Source: Candidatus Methanosuratincola verstraetei (GTDB lineage: Archaea > Thermoproteota > Methanomethylicia > Methanomethylicales > Methanomethylicaceae). Taken from it: a stretch of 64,000 nt of DNA. The position numbers and the translations under genes were made by a program. A model generated the notes under the pieces. The model saw only the letters and a program-made list of their open reading frames with translations. It was not told the origin of the DNA and searched no databases. Below are positions 11,036 to 20,345 of this stretch, one piece after another. The stretch spans positions 288,001 through 352,000 of the forward strand of contig CP186953.1 of assembly GCA_049570475.1 (NCBI GenBank), given 5' to 3'. How positions within the stretch are numbered: the stretch's first letter is position 1; every line of letters starts with the position of its first letter.

Positions 11036-11126
11036 AGTATATAAAGTTTTTTATATTGAACCTAATCATTTGGCTGGTGGGCTGATCATGCTGAATAAAA
11101 AGCATAAGTTTTTTATATTGGACCTG
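11036..11126 (-). promoter_or_regulatory. Probable BRE/TATA promoter of the Cascade operon plus an imperfect ~22-bp direct repeat
   Basis: Minus strand AAAACTTTATATA ~35 nt above the csa5 ATG; ataaagttttttatattgaacct (11041) and ataagttttttatattggacct (11104). Confidence 0.55.
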
Positions 11127-11400
11127 AAATGATTTCAGTAAATTTTAAATTAAGGCGTTTATCTCAGTTTAGAGAAATAACTATTCTCGTAAAGACTTAA
11201 TAAAAATCTAAACACAATGAAATTCGTATTGACCTTATAATTCGACGAAAAAACATGAAAGAAGATTTTGGTGGCCGTTGACTCCTCGATCCTGACAATA
11301 AAACCTCTGAAGGGAGTTGGTAAAAGGCAAGAAAGAACTTTTGAGAAGCAATATGTTACACTTTGCGTTCAAGGCTTTATGGCATTATAGAAGAGGTAAT

Positions 11401-14242
11401 CTTTCAATCCCCTTATGATGGGGTTTTCAACTTAAACCTGTCACCTGCACGTTCGAGCCTGCTGAGTACGTGTACTTTCAATCCCCTTATGATGGGGTTT
11501 TCAACTTAAACTCAGATATATTCGGGGAGCGGCGGCGGCAATAGTCCACTTTCAATCCCCTTATGATGGGGTTTTCAACTTAAACCTTGCACGTGTGTTT
11601 CAAGGGGGTTTTAGGTTAAGCTTTCAATCCCCTTATGATGGGGTTTTCAACTTAAACTCAGAGAAAAAGCAATTCCTAGGCTTATAGCTAAACGTCTTTC
11701 AATCCCCTTATGATGGGGTTTTCAACTTAAACTAATTTTCACATTAATCACCGTGATTAATTATAACTTTCAATCCCCTTATGATGGGGTTTTCAACTTA
11801 AACTTATACAAATATATGCAAAAAACTGAATATACTTATGCTTTCAATCCCCTTATGATGGGGTTTTCAACTTAAACTCCAACTCCCCAAAAACGGCGCC
11901 ATTTCAACCACCGTATCTTTCAATCCCCTTATGATGGGGTTTTCAACTTAAACCTGCTCCACATTATTTTAAATTGTGTGTTTATAAGTCTTTCAATCCC
12001 CTTATGATGGGGTTTTCAACTTAAACTAATCCCTAAACTTATCGCAAAAAGGGAAAGATTAGCTTTCAATCCCCTTATGATGGGGTTTTCAACTTAAACA
12101 ATTCCCACAATTGCAAACCATGTCGCAAGGACTGAACTTTCAATCCCCTTATGATGGGGTTTTCAACTTAAACCACGTGTTTCGGTACTCTTGAAAAACT
12201 TGGAATTAAACTTTCAATCCCCTTATGATGGGGTTTTCAACTTAGACTTCAGAAGGTGGGTGGATGGTGACGCTCTTCTTCACTTCTTTCAATCCCCTTA
12301 TGATGGGGTTTTCAACTTAAACTTCCCTACCCAGATCATGATCTGGGTACGAGAAAGGGACTTTCAATCCCCTTATGATGGGGTTTTCAACTTAAACAGG
12401 AGTACCTCGTCGTGAGGGGCATCGCCGAGTACGTCTTTCAATCCCCTTATGATGGGGTTTTCAACTTAAACAGAACTATGCATAAGTAAATAATAATGGT
12501 GATTTAAACTTTCAATCCCCTTATGATGGGGTTTTCAACTTAAACTCCGTGTTCATTTTGATACTTATTTTCAGCTTGACAACTTTCAATCCCCTTATGA
12601 TGGGGTTTTCAACTTAAACAATACCGCAGGCGCTTCAAAACGTCAAGTTGTTTGTCTTTCAATCCCCTTATGATGGGGTTTTCAACTTAAACCCAAATAA
12701 CTCCCTAATTGGTCTAATCTTTATTTGACCTTTCAATCCCCTTATGATGGGGTTTTCAACTTAAACTAGATACGCTACAGAACGACAAAAAGCGTTCATT
12801 AACTTTCAATCCCCTTATGATGGGGTTTTCAACTTAAACCGCTATCTGGGGTTTGGTTAAATCGGTCGGCAAGTAGGCTTTCAATCCCCTTATGATGGGG
12901 TTTTCAACTTAAACCCAAATAACTCCCTAATTGGTCTAATCTTTATTTGACCTTTCAATCCCCTTATGATGGGGTTTTCAACTTAAACTCTTTTGCCGGT
13001 GTAAACGCCGCCTAAAGCAAACTTTCTTTCAATCCCCTTATGATGGGGTTTTCAACTTAAACATTATCGTTTTGTATATAAAACCTAAAAATAAAGTTCT
13101 TTCAATCCCCTTATGATGGGGTTTTCAACTTAAACCGCGGTATCCTGTTCCATCAGCCAAGAAATTGTAAAACTTTCAATCCCCTTATGATGGGGTTTTC
13201 AACTTAAACCGATCATGGCAAAACCCATACCATGGATCAAACTCGCCTTTCAATCCCCTTATGATGGGGTTTTCAACTTAAACAATAAATACTATGCTTG
13301 TTGCCATTAGATAAACTTTCAATCCCCTTATGATGGGGTTTTCAACTTAAACTATTTTATCGTGAGCTGGACAATACCTATAATATACTTTCAATCCCCT
13401 TATGATGGGGTTTTCAACTTAAACAAGCAGTTTTGCCCTTGATGAAATCCCATACACCGACTTTCAATCCCCTTATGATGGGGTTTTCAACTTAAACGGG
13501 CAGTTGAAGAATACTGCCTTCCAAAGCTGAAAACTTTCAATCCCCTTATGATGGGGTTTTCAACTTAAACCTTCAAACAGGCGTATGCAATTGCAGGCGA
13601 TACGGTCTTTCAATCCCCTTATGATGGGGTTTTCAACTTAAACCTTCTACGTGCAGCATCGGCAGAATTGAGCGTTTGCCTCCTTTCAATCCCCTTATGA
13701 TGGGGTTTTCAACTTAAACGGTCTATGCGCCACTGTACCATAGAGTTCTGAAGTGATCCTTTCAATCCCCTTATGATGGGGTTTTCAACTTAAACTGAAA
13801 ATATATGCCATAGCGGTCTTCATGCTCACTTTCAATCCCCTTATGATGGGGTTTTCAACTTAAACATTTAGTCATGCGAACGCTTCAGCATGAGCTGATA
13901 GAATGACTTTCAATCCCCTTATGATGGGGTTTTCAACTTAAACCGTGACATGCGTCAAATATGACGTCAAAGCATGAATGAGACTTTCAATCCCCTTATG
14001 ATGGGGTTTTCAACTTAAACCGTAGCTTGTATATCAGCGAAGGATCAGGGGCGAAGACATCTTTCAATCCCCTTATGATGGGGTTTTCAACTTAAACTGC
14101 ATGTCTATGAGAAGCATAAGCAATGATGTATCTTTCAATCCCCTTATGATGGGGTTTTCAACTTAAACTAGCTATCAGATGCTTGACATGCATCAGGATA
14201 CGATACTTTCAATCCCCTTATGATGGGGTTTTCAACTTAAAC
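11401..14242 (-). CRISPR. CRISPR array, 39 repeats (37 bp) / 38 spacers (32-41 bp)
   Basis: Repeat + strand CTTTCAATCCCCTTATGATGGGGTTTTCAACTTAAAC. The reverse complement has a CCCC/GGGG hairpin followed by the 8-nt AUUGAAAG tag, so transcription is on the minus strand. One variant repeat at 12211 (A>G at 12245). Confidence 0.99.
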
Positions 14243-14402
14243 TGCGGGAAATTTAGCTCTGTTTCCAGTTATCGGCGATTTTTTCATATTAAGTTTTCTG
14301 TGCCGGCGTGAAGATCGAAAAATCCCCCGGCCCTTTATAAAGATCTTCACGTTTTTGCCTAATTGACCAACAAACTTAATGCGATTAATGTGCTAATAAT
14401 TT
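14243..14402. promoter_or_regulatory. CRISPR leader / divergent promoter region shared with cas2
   Basis: Non-coding, AT-rich, at the 5' end of the array in its inferred orientation; palindromic CTTTATAAAG at 14333-14342. Confidence 0.65.
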
Positions 14403-14699
14403 ATGATCACTATGCAAACACTTGTAATCTATGATATTAGCGAAGATAAAAAAAGAGGAAAACTCAGAAGCCACCTTCTCAATTATGGACTTGCGAGAGT
14501 TCAATATAGCGGTCTTTTTGGCGATCTGAATCACAATGACAGATTGATATTGATCAAAGAAGTAGGAAAGTTCATCAGTTCAGAAGAGGACAGCATTTAT
14601 GTTGTGCCTCTATGCGACAGGTGTGTACGCCTTTGTAGAATAATCAGCAACTCAGGCATTACAGAAATACGCGAAAAAAATGTAGAATTCGTCCCGTGA
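14403..14699 (+). CDS. cas2: Cas2
   Basis: LVIYDISED, ARVQYSGLFG, PLCDRC. Confidence 0.93.
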   Translation: MITMQTLVIYDISEDKKRGKLRSHLLNYGLARVQYSGLFGDLNHNDRLILIKEVGKFISSEEDSIYVVPLCDRCVRLCRIISNSGITEIREKNVEFVP

Positions 14700-15593
14700 A
14701 TGGGGAGAAAAATGTACTTTCTCTCGAGTCTTGATCAGAAGAAACTTTTTGACAAGGTGCTAAGGGCTGCAAGAGAGGTGGGTGTTTCCGAAGACCTCAG
14801 AGGCTGGAACTGGAACCGACCTCCGCTTAGACCTGTCTATGAGGAGAAGATACCGATGTACTCAGTCTGTTCAAAGTATTGCCCTACATCGAGAGATGTT
14901 TTCCTAAATAAAGTGAAGGGGATAACAGGAAAGACAAATGAGCCGGTGATTCTGGGGACGGCTATACACAAGACGGTTAGCACGGTCATAAGTAGCTTCC
15001 TTGATGGCAGCATCCCTTCCTTTGATGACTGGTACGCGGAAACGCTTCGATCCAAAAATGTGAGTTGCGCAATTGACGCTGTGAAGGAGAAGGCAAAAAC
15101 AGTTTGGAATTATGTCCTGAAGAACTGCGAAATCCAATACACCAACAGGCTTAGCGAGCAGCCCTATGCCTCAAGAAGGGATGCGCTGGCGACCTCAGTG
15201 CCATTCTTGGTTGAACACAAGGTCTCTGGCGAGTTGCTTGGACTTTCTGGCCTACTTAGCATCGACTGCTATGACTACCTTCGTGGAATAGTCTTCGACC
15301 TAAAGGTTGCGCACGAATATAAGGATTGGTACCGGCTGGCACCGACTGGATATGCAATAGTTCTAGAAAGTGTTTACGAAGTTCCAATAGACGCGGGTTG
15401 CATCGTCTATTTGTGGTTCCAAGGAAATGAACTGAGGGCTTCAAAAGACATGTTTTTTATCAATGACGACTTAAGGAGCTGGTGGCTCGAGGAGAGGGAT
15501 CAAAAACTCTCAATCGTTGCCCAAAAGATGGATCCAGGAATACCTCCGAAATGTTATGAAGATTGCATTTACAGGGAGGCTTGCAGAGGATAG
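14700..15593 (+). CDS. csa1: Type I-A Csa1 (Cas4-like nuclease)
   Basis: LRGWNW..PPL, YCPTSRDVFL, DLK nuclease motif, C-terminal Cys cluster. Confidence 0.88.
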   Translation: MGRKMYFLSSLDQKKLFDKVLRAAREVGVSEDLRGWNWNRPPLRPVYEEKIPMYSVCSKYCPTSRDVFLNKVKGITGKTNEPVILGTAIHKTVSTVISSFLDGSIPSFDDWYAETLRSKNVSCAIDAVKEKAKTVWNYVLKNCEIQYTNRLSEQPYASRRDALATSVPFLVEHKVSGELLGLSGLLSIDCYDYLRGIVFDLKVAHEYKDWYRLAPTGYAIVLESVYEVPIDAGCIVYLWFQGNELRASKDMFFINDDLRSWWLEERDQKLSIVAQKMDPGIPPKCYEDCIYREACRG

Positions 15594-15612
15594 GGCAAAC
15601 GAGGGGGTTCCT

Positions 15613-16638
15613 GTGAAGAGACTTGTAGTCGATGGTTTTGGCAAATTCATAAAGCGCGAGGGGGATCAGATAGTAGTAACTGAAAAGGGAAAAGTCGTGC
15701 ACAGGGACCTTGCCGAGGATCTGAGGCAAGTAGTTGTCATAGGAGGGGGAGGAATAAGCTTTGATGCCATGGAACTGCTTGGAGAATGCGGCGTAGACTT
15801 GATAAAGGTCGACTGGAAGGGAGAGGTTGTCTGCAGACTTTCGTCTTCACTCATGAGGACCGTCCAGACAAGAAGAGAGCAATATGCGGCATATAATGAT
15901 AAGAGAGGCGGACATCTCTCGATTGCTTTCATATATGGAAAGGTGAAGAACCAATATGCACTACTTGGAACGCTTGCGAAGGCAAGGGCTGATTCTTCCC
16001 CAAATGTTTCTGAAGCACTACTAGAAGCTCGAAATACGCTTGGGACTATTCTTAACGAACTAGAGGAGATGCCAGAGGCCCCAATAAACGAGCTGAGAGG
16101 GAAGCTTATGGGCATAGAAGGCAACTGTTCGAGGATATATTGGGAGGCGGTTTCAAAAATACTTCCTGAAGAGTTCGGGTTCCCAGGCAGAAGTGGGAGG
16201 TATGCAAAAGATCCTATCAATGCAATGTTGAACTACGGGTACGCACTCTTAGAGGGGGAGGTCTGGCATGGTGTCCATTATGCAGGGCTTGATCCTTATG
16301 GCGGGTTTCTCCATGTGGATCGTCCAGGAAAAGCTAGCATGGTGCTTGACTTGATGGAAGAGTTTAGGCAGCAAATTGTCGACCGCAATATCATCTCGAT
16401 TGCAACAAAAGGTATGGTGAGACCTGATGAATTCGAAAATTGTGAGGGGGTTTGCAAACTCGGCGAGAAGCCAAAGAGGCTCCTTGTCGGGTCAATAGAG
16501 GCCCTCTTCGAGGAGTACATCAGGCACAAGGAAGTCAAAATCAGGTGGACGGATTTGATAATGAGCCAGGCAGTGGATGTTGCAAAGTATCTTAGGGGGG
16601 AAACATCGAAGTATGAGCCGTTCTACCTCAGGTGGTAG
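15613..16638 (+). CDS. cas1: Cas1 integrase
   Basis: GIEG, DPINAMLNYGYA, GLDPYGGFLH, DLMEEFR; GTG 15613 after a G-rich SD preferred over ORF-track start 15517. Confidence 0.95.
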   Translation: MKRLVVDGFGKFIKREGDQIVVTEKGKVVHRDLAEDLRQVVVIGGGGISFDAMELLGECGVDLIKVDWKGEVVCRLSSSLMRTVQTRREQYAAYNDKRGGHLSIAFIYGKVKNQYALLGTLAKARADSSPNVSEALLEARNTLGTILNELEEMPEAPINELRGKLMGIEGNCSRIYWEAVSKILPEEFGFPGRSGRYAKDPINAMLNYGYALLEGEVWHGVHYAGLDPYGGFLHVDRPGKASMVLDLMEEFRQQIVDRNIISIATKGMVRPDEFENCEGVCKLGEKPKRLLVGSIEALFEEYIRHKEVKIRWTDLIMSQAVDVAKYLRGETSKYEPFYLRW

Positions 16639-17215
16639 CACTCCGCTTGTGATGGTTTCGGACATAGTTCAATACTTCTATTGCCCGAGAAAAGTGTATT
16701 ACCTGAAGACATTAGGCGTGCCTTTCAAAGTTAAAAAGAAAATGGAACTCGGGAAGAATGAAGATGATATGGAGGAAGAAAGGCTAGGGGAAAGGAAGAC
16801 GATCTATGGGATCCAACGTTCGCTCGTGAATGAGATCATCCACAACATCTACCTAGAGGATGAGAGCTTGGGTCTGGCAGGCCAAGTCGACACTCTACTC
16901 CACCTCAAAGGGAACGAATACATACCTGTCGACTCAAAGTATACCGAAGAGGCATTCGTCCAAAGGCAATACAGGAAGCAGCTCTTAGCCTACTCAATCT
17001 TGATAGACAAGACATTCAGATGCAAGGTGAGACGCGGGATTATCTATTTCATCAAGCAGAAGGCAGCAGAATGTTTAGAGATCACCGAGCTGGAAAAGAA
17101 GGCACTGATTAAAGACGTAGAAAGCATAAGGAGAATAATAGCTGGGGAGTCGATCCCAAGGAAAAGTGCCGAAAGCAAGTGCGAGTACTGCGAGGTACGC
17201 AAATTCTGCGTATGA
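16613..17215 (+). CDS. cas4: Cas4
   Basis: QYFYCPRK, GQVD, DSK, QLLAY, CEYCEVRKFC; start uncertain (16613 or 16652). Confidence 0.92.
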   Translation: MSRSTSGGSTPLVMVSDIVQYFYCPRKVYYLKTLGVPFKVKKKMELGKNEDDMEEERLGERKTIYGIQRSLVNEIIHNIYLEDESLGLAGQVDTLLHLKGNEYIPVDSKYTEEAFVQRQYRKQLLAYSILIDKTFRCKVRRGIIYFIKQKAAECLEITELEKKALIKDVESIRRIIAGESIPRKSAESKCEYCEVRKFCV

Positions 17216-17319
17216 ACCAAAGCTTCGCTAAACAAGCCATTTCAAATTGAATTTTCAGATTATTTTAAAGCAATAAAATAAAAAATCTTATAAAAATTAA
17301 AAAAATAGTTTACATCGTC

Positions 17320-17928
17320 CTAGATCTCTATGCCTTCGCGCGGCACGTCTGCAGGCAGGTCTGGGAACTTCTCCTTTATCCTCTGCTCCGCAACGGTGGC
17401 AGCCTCTGACAATATCCTGCTTGCGTCTTCGTTAGCCGCCTCGAATGAGACGTTCAAGTTGGACGATGCTCCAGCCTCGGTCACTATCGAGGATAAGGAT
17501 TCGCTCAGGAGGCTGAAGCCTTTCTCCGCCTCGGGCACTATCTGGAATATGTTGCTTTGGACGCCTTTTATTATCGATATAGCAGGGGTGACTGTGTTTA
17601 CGAAGTCTCCATAGTCCTTGACCGTCGTCAGCCTTAATGATATCGTCTCAAGCGCTAGCTTGATCTGCGTGACCCGCTTTGCCAGCTTCCTTACCTCAGC
17701 CAGCTCGTTGGCATACATCAGCGCCCTCGACCGATCGTGCTTTGCATACGCGTCTACCACCTTTTGGAAGATCTGGCGATCCTTCTCCACTAGCTTGTTG
17801 CTGGCAAAATCCAGCCTCTGCGTCTGAGCCGAGATGAGCCTGATCGCATTCTCTATGGCGGGCTTCAGGGGTCCGCTCTGGACAGGGGCCCTCTCTTGCC
17901 GCTCCCAGTTCTTCGAAAACTCGGGCAT
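17320..17928 (-). CDS. ESCRT-III/Snf7-family CdvB paralog
   Basis: Coiled-coil with ALMYANELAEVRK, LALETISLRLTT, ILSEAATVAEQ...FPDLP; start ATG 17928 likely. Confidence 0.82.
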   Translation of the reverse strand: MPEFSKNWERQERAPVQSGPLKPAIENAIRLISAQTQRLDFASNKLVEKDRQIFQKVVDAYAKHDRSRALMYANELAEVRKLAKRVTQIKLALETISLRLTTVKDYGDFVNTVTPAISIIKGVQSNIFQIVPEAEKGFSLLSESLSSIVTEAGASSNLNVSFEAANEDASRILSEAATVAEQRIKEKFPDLPADVPREGIEI

Positions 17929-17989
17929 TTTGTAACCACACCTGATTGAGTCATGCAAAAAAGTAGTTAAAAAGAGTTTCGAACGGCAT

Positions 17990-18469
17990 TCAGCGCTCAA
18001 TCAAAACGGAGCAGTGGGCCTCCGTTGCAACCTTGCTGCTGACGCTCCCGAGCGGGGCGTACGTAGAGGGCTTCTCTTTGCTGCCTATCACAATGAGATC
18101 GATGCCGTTCTCGCTGGCGTACTTGATTATCTCCTCAGCAGGATCGCCCTCGAGTCGCATGGTCGTGTACTCGATCCCGGCCTCCGAGGCCTTCTTCCCT
18201 GCCACCTCGAAGAGCGTTGCCGCGTCCTTCATTAGAACCTCTTTGTAGGAAGGGTCCATCGCAGTGGTCTGCCTTGACTGGAGTGGGAGCTTCGTCCTCA
18301 CAACATGGACAATGTGCAGCCTCGCACAGTTAACCTTTGAGAGCAGTATGGCCCTCTCAAGGACCTTTGCCGAGACGTAGGAATAGTCTACCGCTGCCAT
18401 TATTGATTTGTAGTTCGACTTGACTTTATTGAAACCCTCAAAAAATGACGCAGTAGGGCAGGTTGTCAT
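17990..18469 (-). CDS. Universal stress protein (UspA family)
   Basis: IMAAVDYS, GDPAEEII, DLIVIGS, LGSVSSKV. Confidence 0.88.
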   Translation of the reverse strand: MTTCPTASFFEGFNKVKSNYKSIMAAVDYSYVSAKVLERAILLSKVNCARLHIVHVVRTKLPLQSRQTTAMDPSYKEVLMKDAATLFEVAGKKASEAGIEYTTMRLEGDPAEEIIKYASENGIDLIVIGSKEKPSTYAPLGSVSSKVATEAHCSVLIER

Positions 18470-18554
18470 TGCGGGGATACCTCATTCGCATATATTTGAG
18501 TGTGAAGAGGCTTATATTAGAGATCTTCCAACGTTCCGGACAGAAGTGAAGGGG

Positions 18555-19193
18555 TTGTCTGAGAAGGCGGTTTACCTGATCTCCGGCGGCATGGATTCCC
18601 CGGTGGCCGCATACCTAGGCGTTATGAGGGGATGGGCTCCAGTATACGTCTACTTCGACAACAGGCCTTTTTCTGGAGAAATGGAGCTGGAGAAAGCAAC
18701 GGCGCTGGCGAAGCGGGTCGTGGAGGTGACAGGCGTCCGGGGCGAGATGGTTGTAGTGCCGCATGGCAGGGACCTCGACCTCATAGTGAACAGATGCAGG
18801 AGGAACCTCTCCTGCCTGCTTTGCAAAAGGCTGATGTACAGGAAAGCCGAGGCTCTCGCGAAGACCTATGGATGCAGAGCCATAGTGACGGGGGAGATCG
18901 TTGGAGAGCAGGCAAGCCAAACGATGCACAACCTGATCCTCAACACAGCCGTGGTCGCGATGCCCATTGTCAGACCATTACTCGGGCTAAACAAAACGGA
19001 GGTGGAAGCCATAGCCAAGAGGATCGGTAGCTATGGGATCTCTGCAATGAAGTCGGAGGGATGCTCCGCAGCAGCGGTAAAGGCAAGGACCCTAGCCAAG
19101 AAAGCAGAGATCGAGGGGGAGGAAGGGATCCTGCCGATAGCCGATCTGGTGGAATCAGGGATCAGAGAGGCAAGATCGATCCGTCTTCCCTGA
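18555..19193 (+). CDS. ThiI-type PP-loop catalytic domain without THUMP domain
   Basis: LISGGMDSPVA, CLLCKRLMY, TGEIVGEQASQT, RPLLG, EGCSA; start TTG 18555 estimated. Confidence 0.8.
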   Translation: MSEKAVYLISGGMDSPVAAYLGVMRGWAPVYVYFDNRPFSGEMELEKATALAKRVVEVTGVRGEMVVVPHGRDLDLIVNRCRRNLSCLLCKRLMYRKAEALAKTYGCRAIVTGEIVGEQASQTMHNLILNTAVVAMPIVRPLLGLNKTEVEAIAKRIGSYGISAMKSEGCSAAAVKARTLAKKAEIEGEEGILPIADLVESGIREARSIRLP

Positions 19194-20223
19194 CCTGGGC
19201 TTCGAAAGATTTTTTCGCAATTGCCTCAACAACTGATGCTTGTGGCACGATGCCAACGTTGATGCTTTTCGGGTACCCAGACTTGGTTTTTGTGTCTATG
19301 CCCATCAGGCGTGCCCAATCTTCGATGATCCCGCTTTCCAGGGCCGCCAGCGGGAATAGCACAGCAGAGTCATTGATCTTCGACTTCAATTCCGAGAGGA
19401 ACTCCAAGCTCGGCACAGGCATGCCTGTGGCGACAGCCGCAAAACCCTTGGCCCGGCAGCAGTAGGATGCAACCGCGAGCTGGAGCATGGGGCTAGGCGC
19501 CTCGCAGGGGAATACTGTTGCCTTGAGAGGAGCCCCGGTCGACCATTCAGATAGGATGGCTAGGTTCTTTGCGGTCCGCTCACTCACGACCCCATCAGGA
19601 CCAAACACGGCAGCCAGGACGGGGGATCCCCTCTTCATCAGGCACCAGGAGGCGGCAACCGATTCGAAGGACTCATCAATGACGCCAACAAAAGGATCCT
19701 GGGTCCCGATCGGGAACCCGTCCGGGCCCCTGAACGCCTCAGTGTAGAGTATCGAGGATTCGTCCCTGATCTCTATGAAGATCTCATTGTTTGGTGAGCC
19801 GAGGTCGACACTTAGATCCGGCCGCGCAGCGAGTATAGCCTCACCAACTTTGGCGGCAGCCTCCTGGCTCGTATAAGGGTGGGATCCGACCCGCCTGCAC
19901 CTGACTGCGAATGAACCTGGGGCGAACCCTCTGGAAACCAGGACTGCAGCTCCAATGATATCATCGAGCCTCGACGTTGTCATATGCCCGGGCGAGGCGG
20001 AAGATATCCCAAATATCTTTGAGGCGAGCCGGGATGCGACTCCAGGCTCCCCGGTCTTGATGTAGATCCTCCCTGCGACCCTCCAGATCTCGGAATAGGA
20101 GACCCCTTTCTCCCTCAGCCTATCCTTCAAGTACTTTAGCAGCCTCTGCTCATAGTCCCTTCTCACGCGTCTGCTCTTGATCCCGATCTCTCCACCGACC
20201 CTCACGACCACAATGCCTTCCAT
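19162..20223 (-). CDS. ThiI-like THUMP-domain protein with degenerate PP-loop
   Basis: VRVGGEIGIKSRRVR, FAVRCRRVGSHPYTS, GPDGFPIGTQ; SGGxDS replaced by DESFES. Confidence 0.8.
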   Translation of the reverse strand: MEGIVVVRVGGEIGIKSRRVRRDYEQRLLKYLKDRLREKGVSYSEIWRVAGRIYIKTGEPGVASRLASKIFGISSASPGHMTTSRLDDIIGAAVLVSRGFAPGSFAVRCRRVGSHPYTSQEAAAKVGEAILAARPDLSVDLGSPNNEIFIEIRDESSILYTEAFRGPDGFPIGTQDPFVGVIDESFESVAASWCLMKRGSPVLAAVFGPDGVVSERTAKNLAILSEWSTGAPLKATVFPCEAPSPMLQLAVASYCCRAKGFAAVATGMPVPSLEFLSELKSKINDSAVLFPLAALESGIIEDWARLMGIDTKTKSGYPKSINVGIVPQASVVEAIAKKSFEAQVREDGSILPL

Positions 20224-20345
20224 AGGCTGAGCCCCGGATATTTTGATCTCAAACAGGCATTCAAATCCAAACAAACAAATACAGATGCATTCTAAAAAGG
20301 ATACGGTAAGTGCCTCAATTGAAGCCAGCAGAAAGAGGGATCAAA

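Noticed and set aside
11005-11400. AT-rich left flank as the CRISPR leader
   Set aside because: The repeat hairpin plus ATTGAAAG 3' end implies minus-strand transcription, placing the leader on the cas2 side. Not fully excluded, because no degenerate terminal repeat is visible.
12191-12415. 74-aa ORF with repeated FQSPYDGVFNL
   Set aside because: It is the translation of CRISPR repeats, not a gene.
11438-14205. Self-targeting spacers within the window
   Set aside because: Only short (~11-12 nt) chance similarities were seen by eye (e.g. spacer 1 vs tfb); a proper alignment was not possible.
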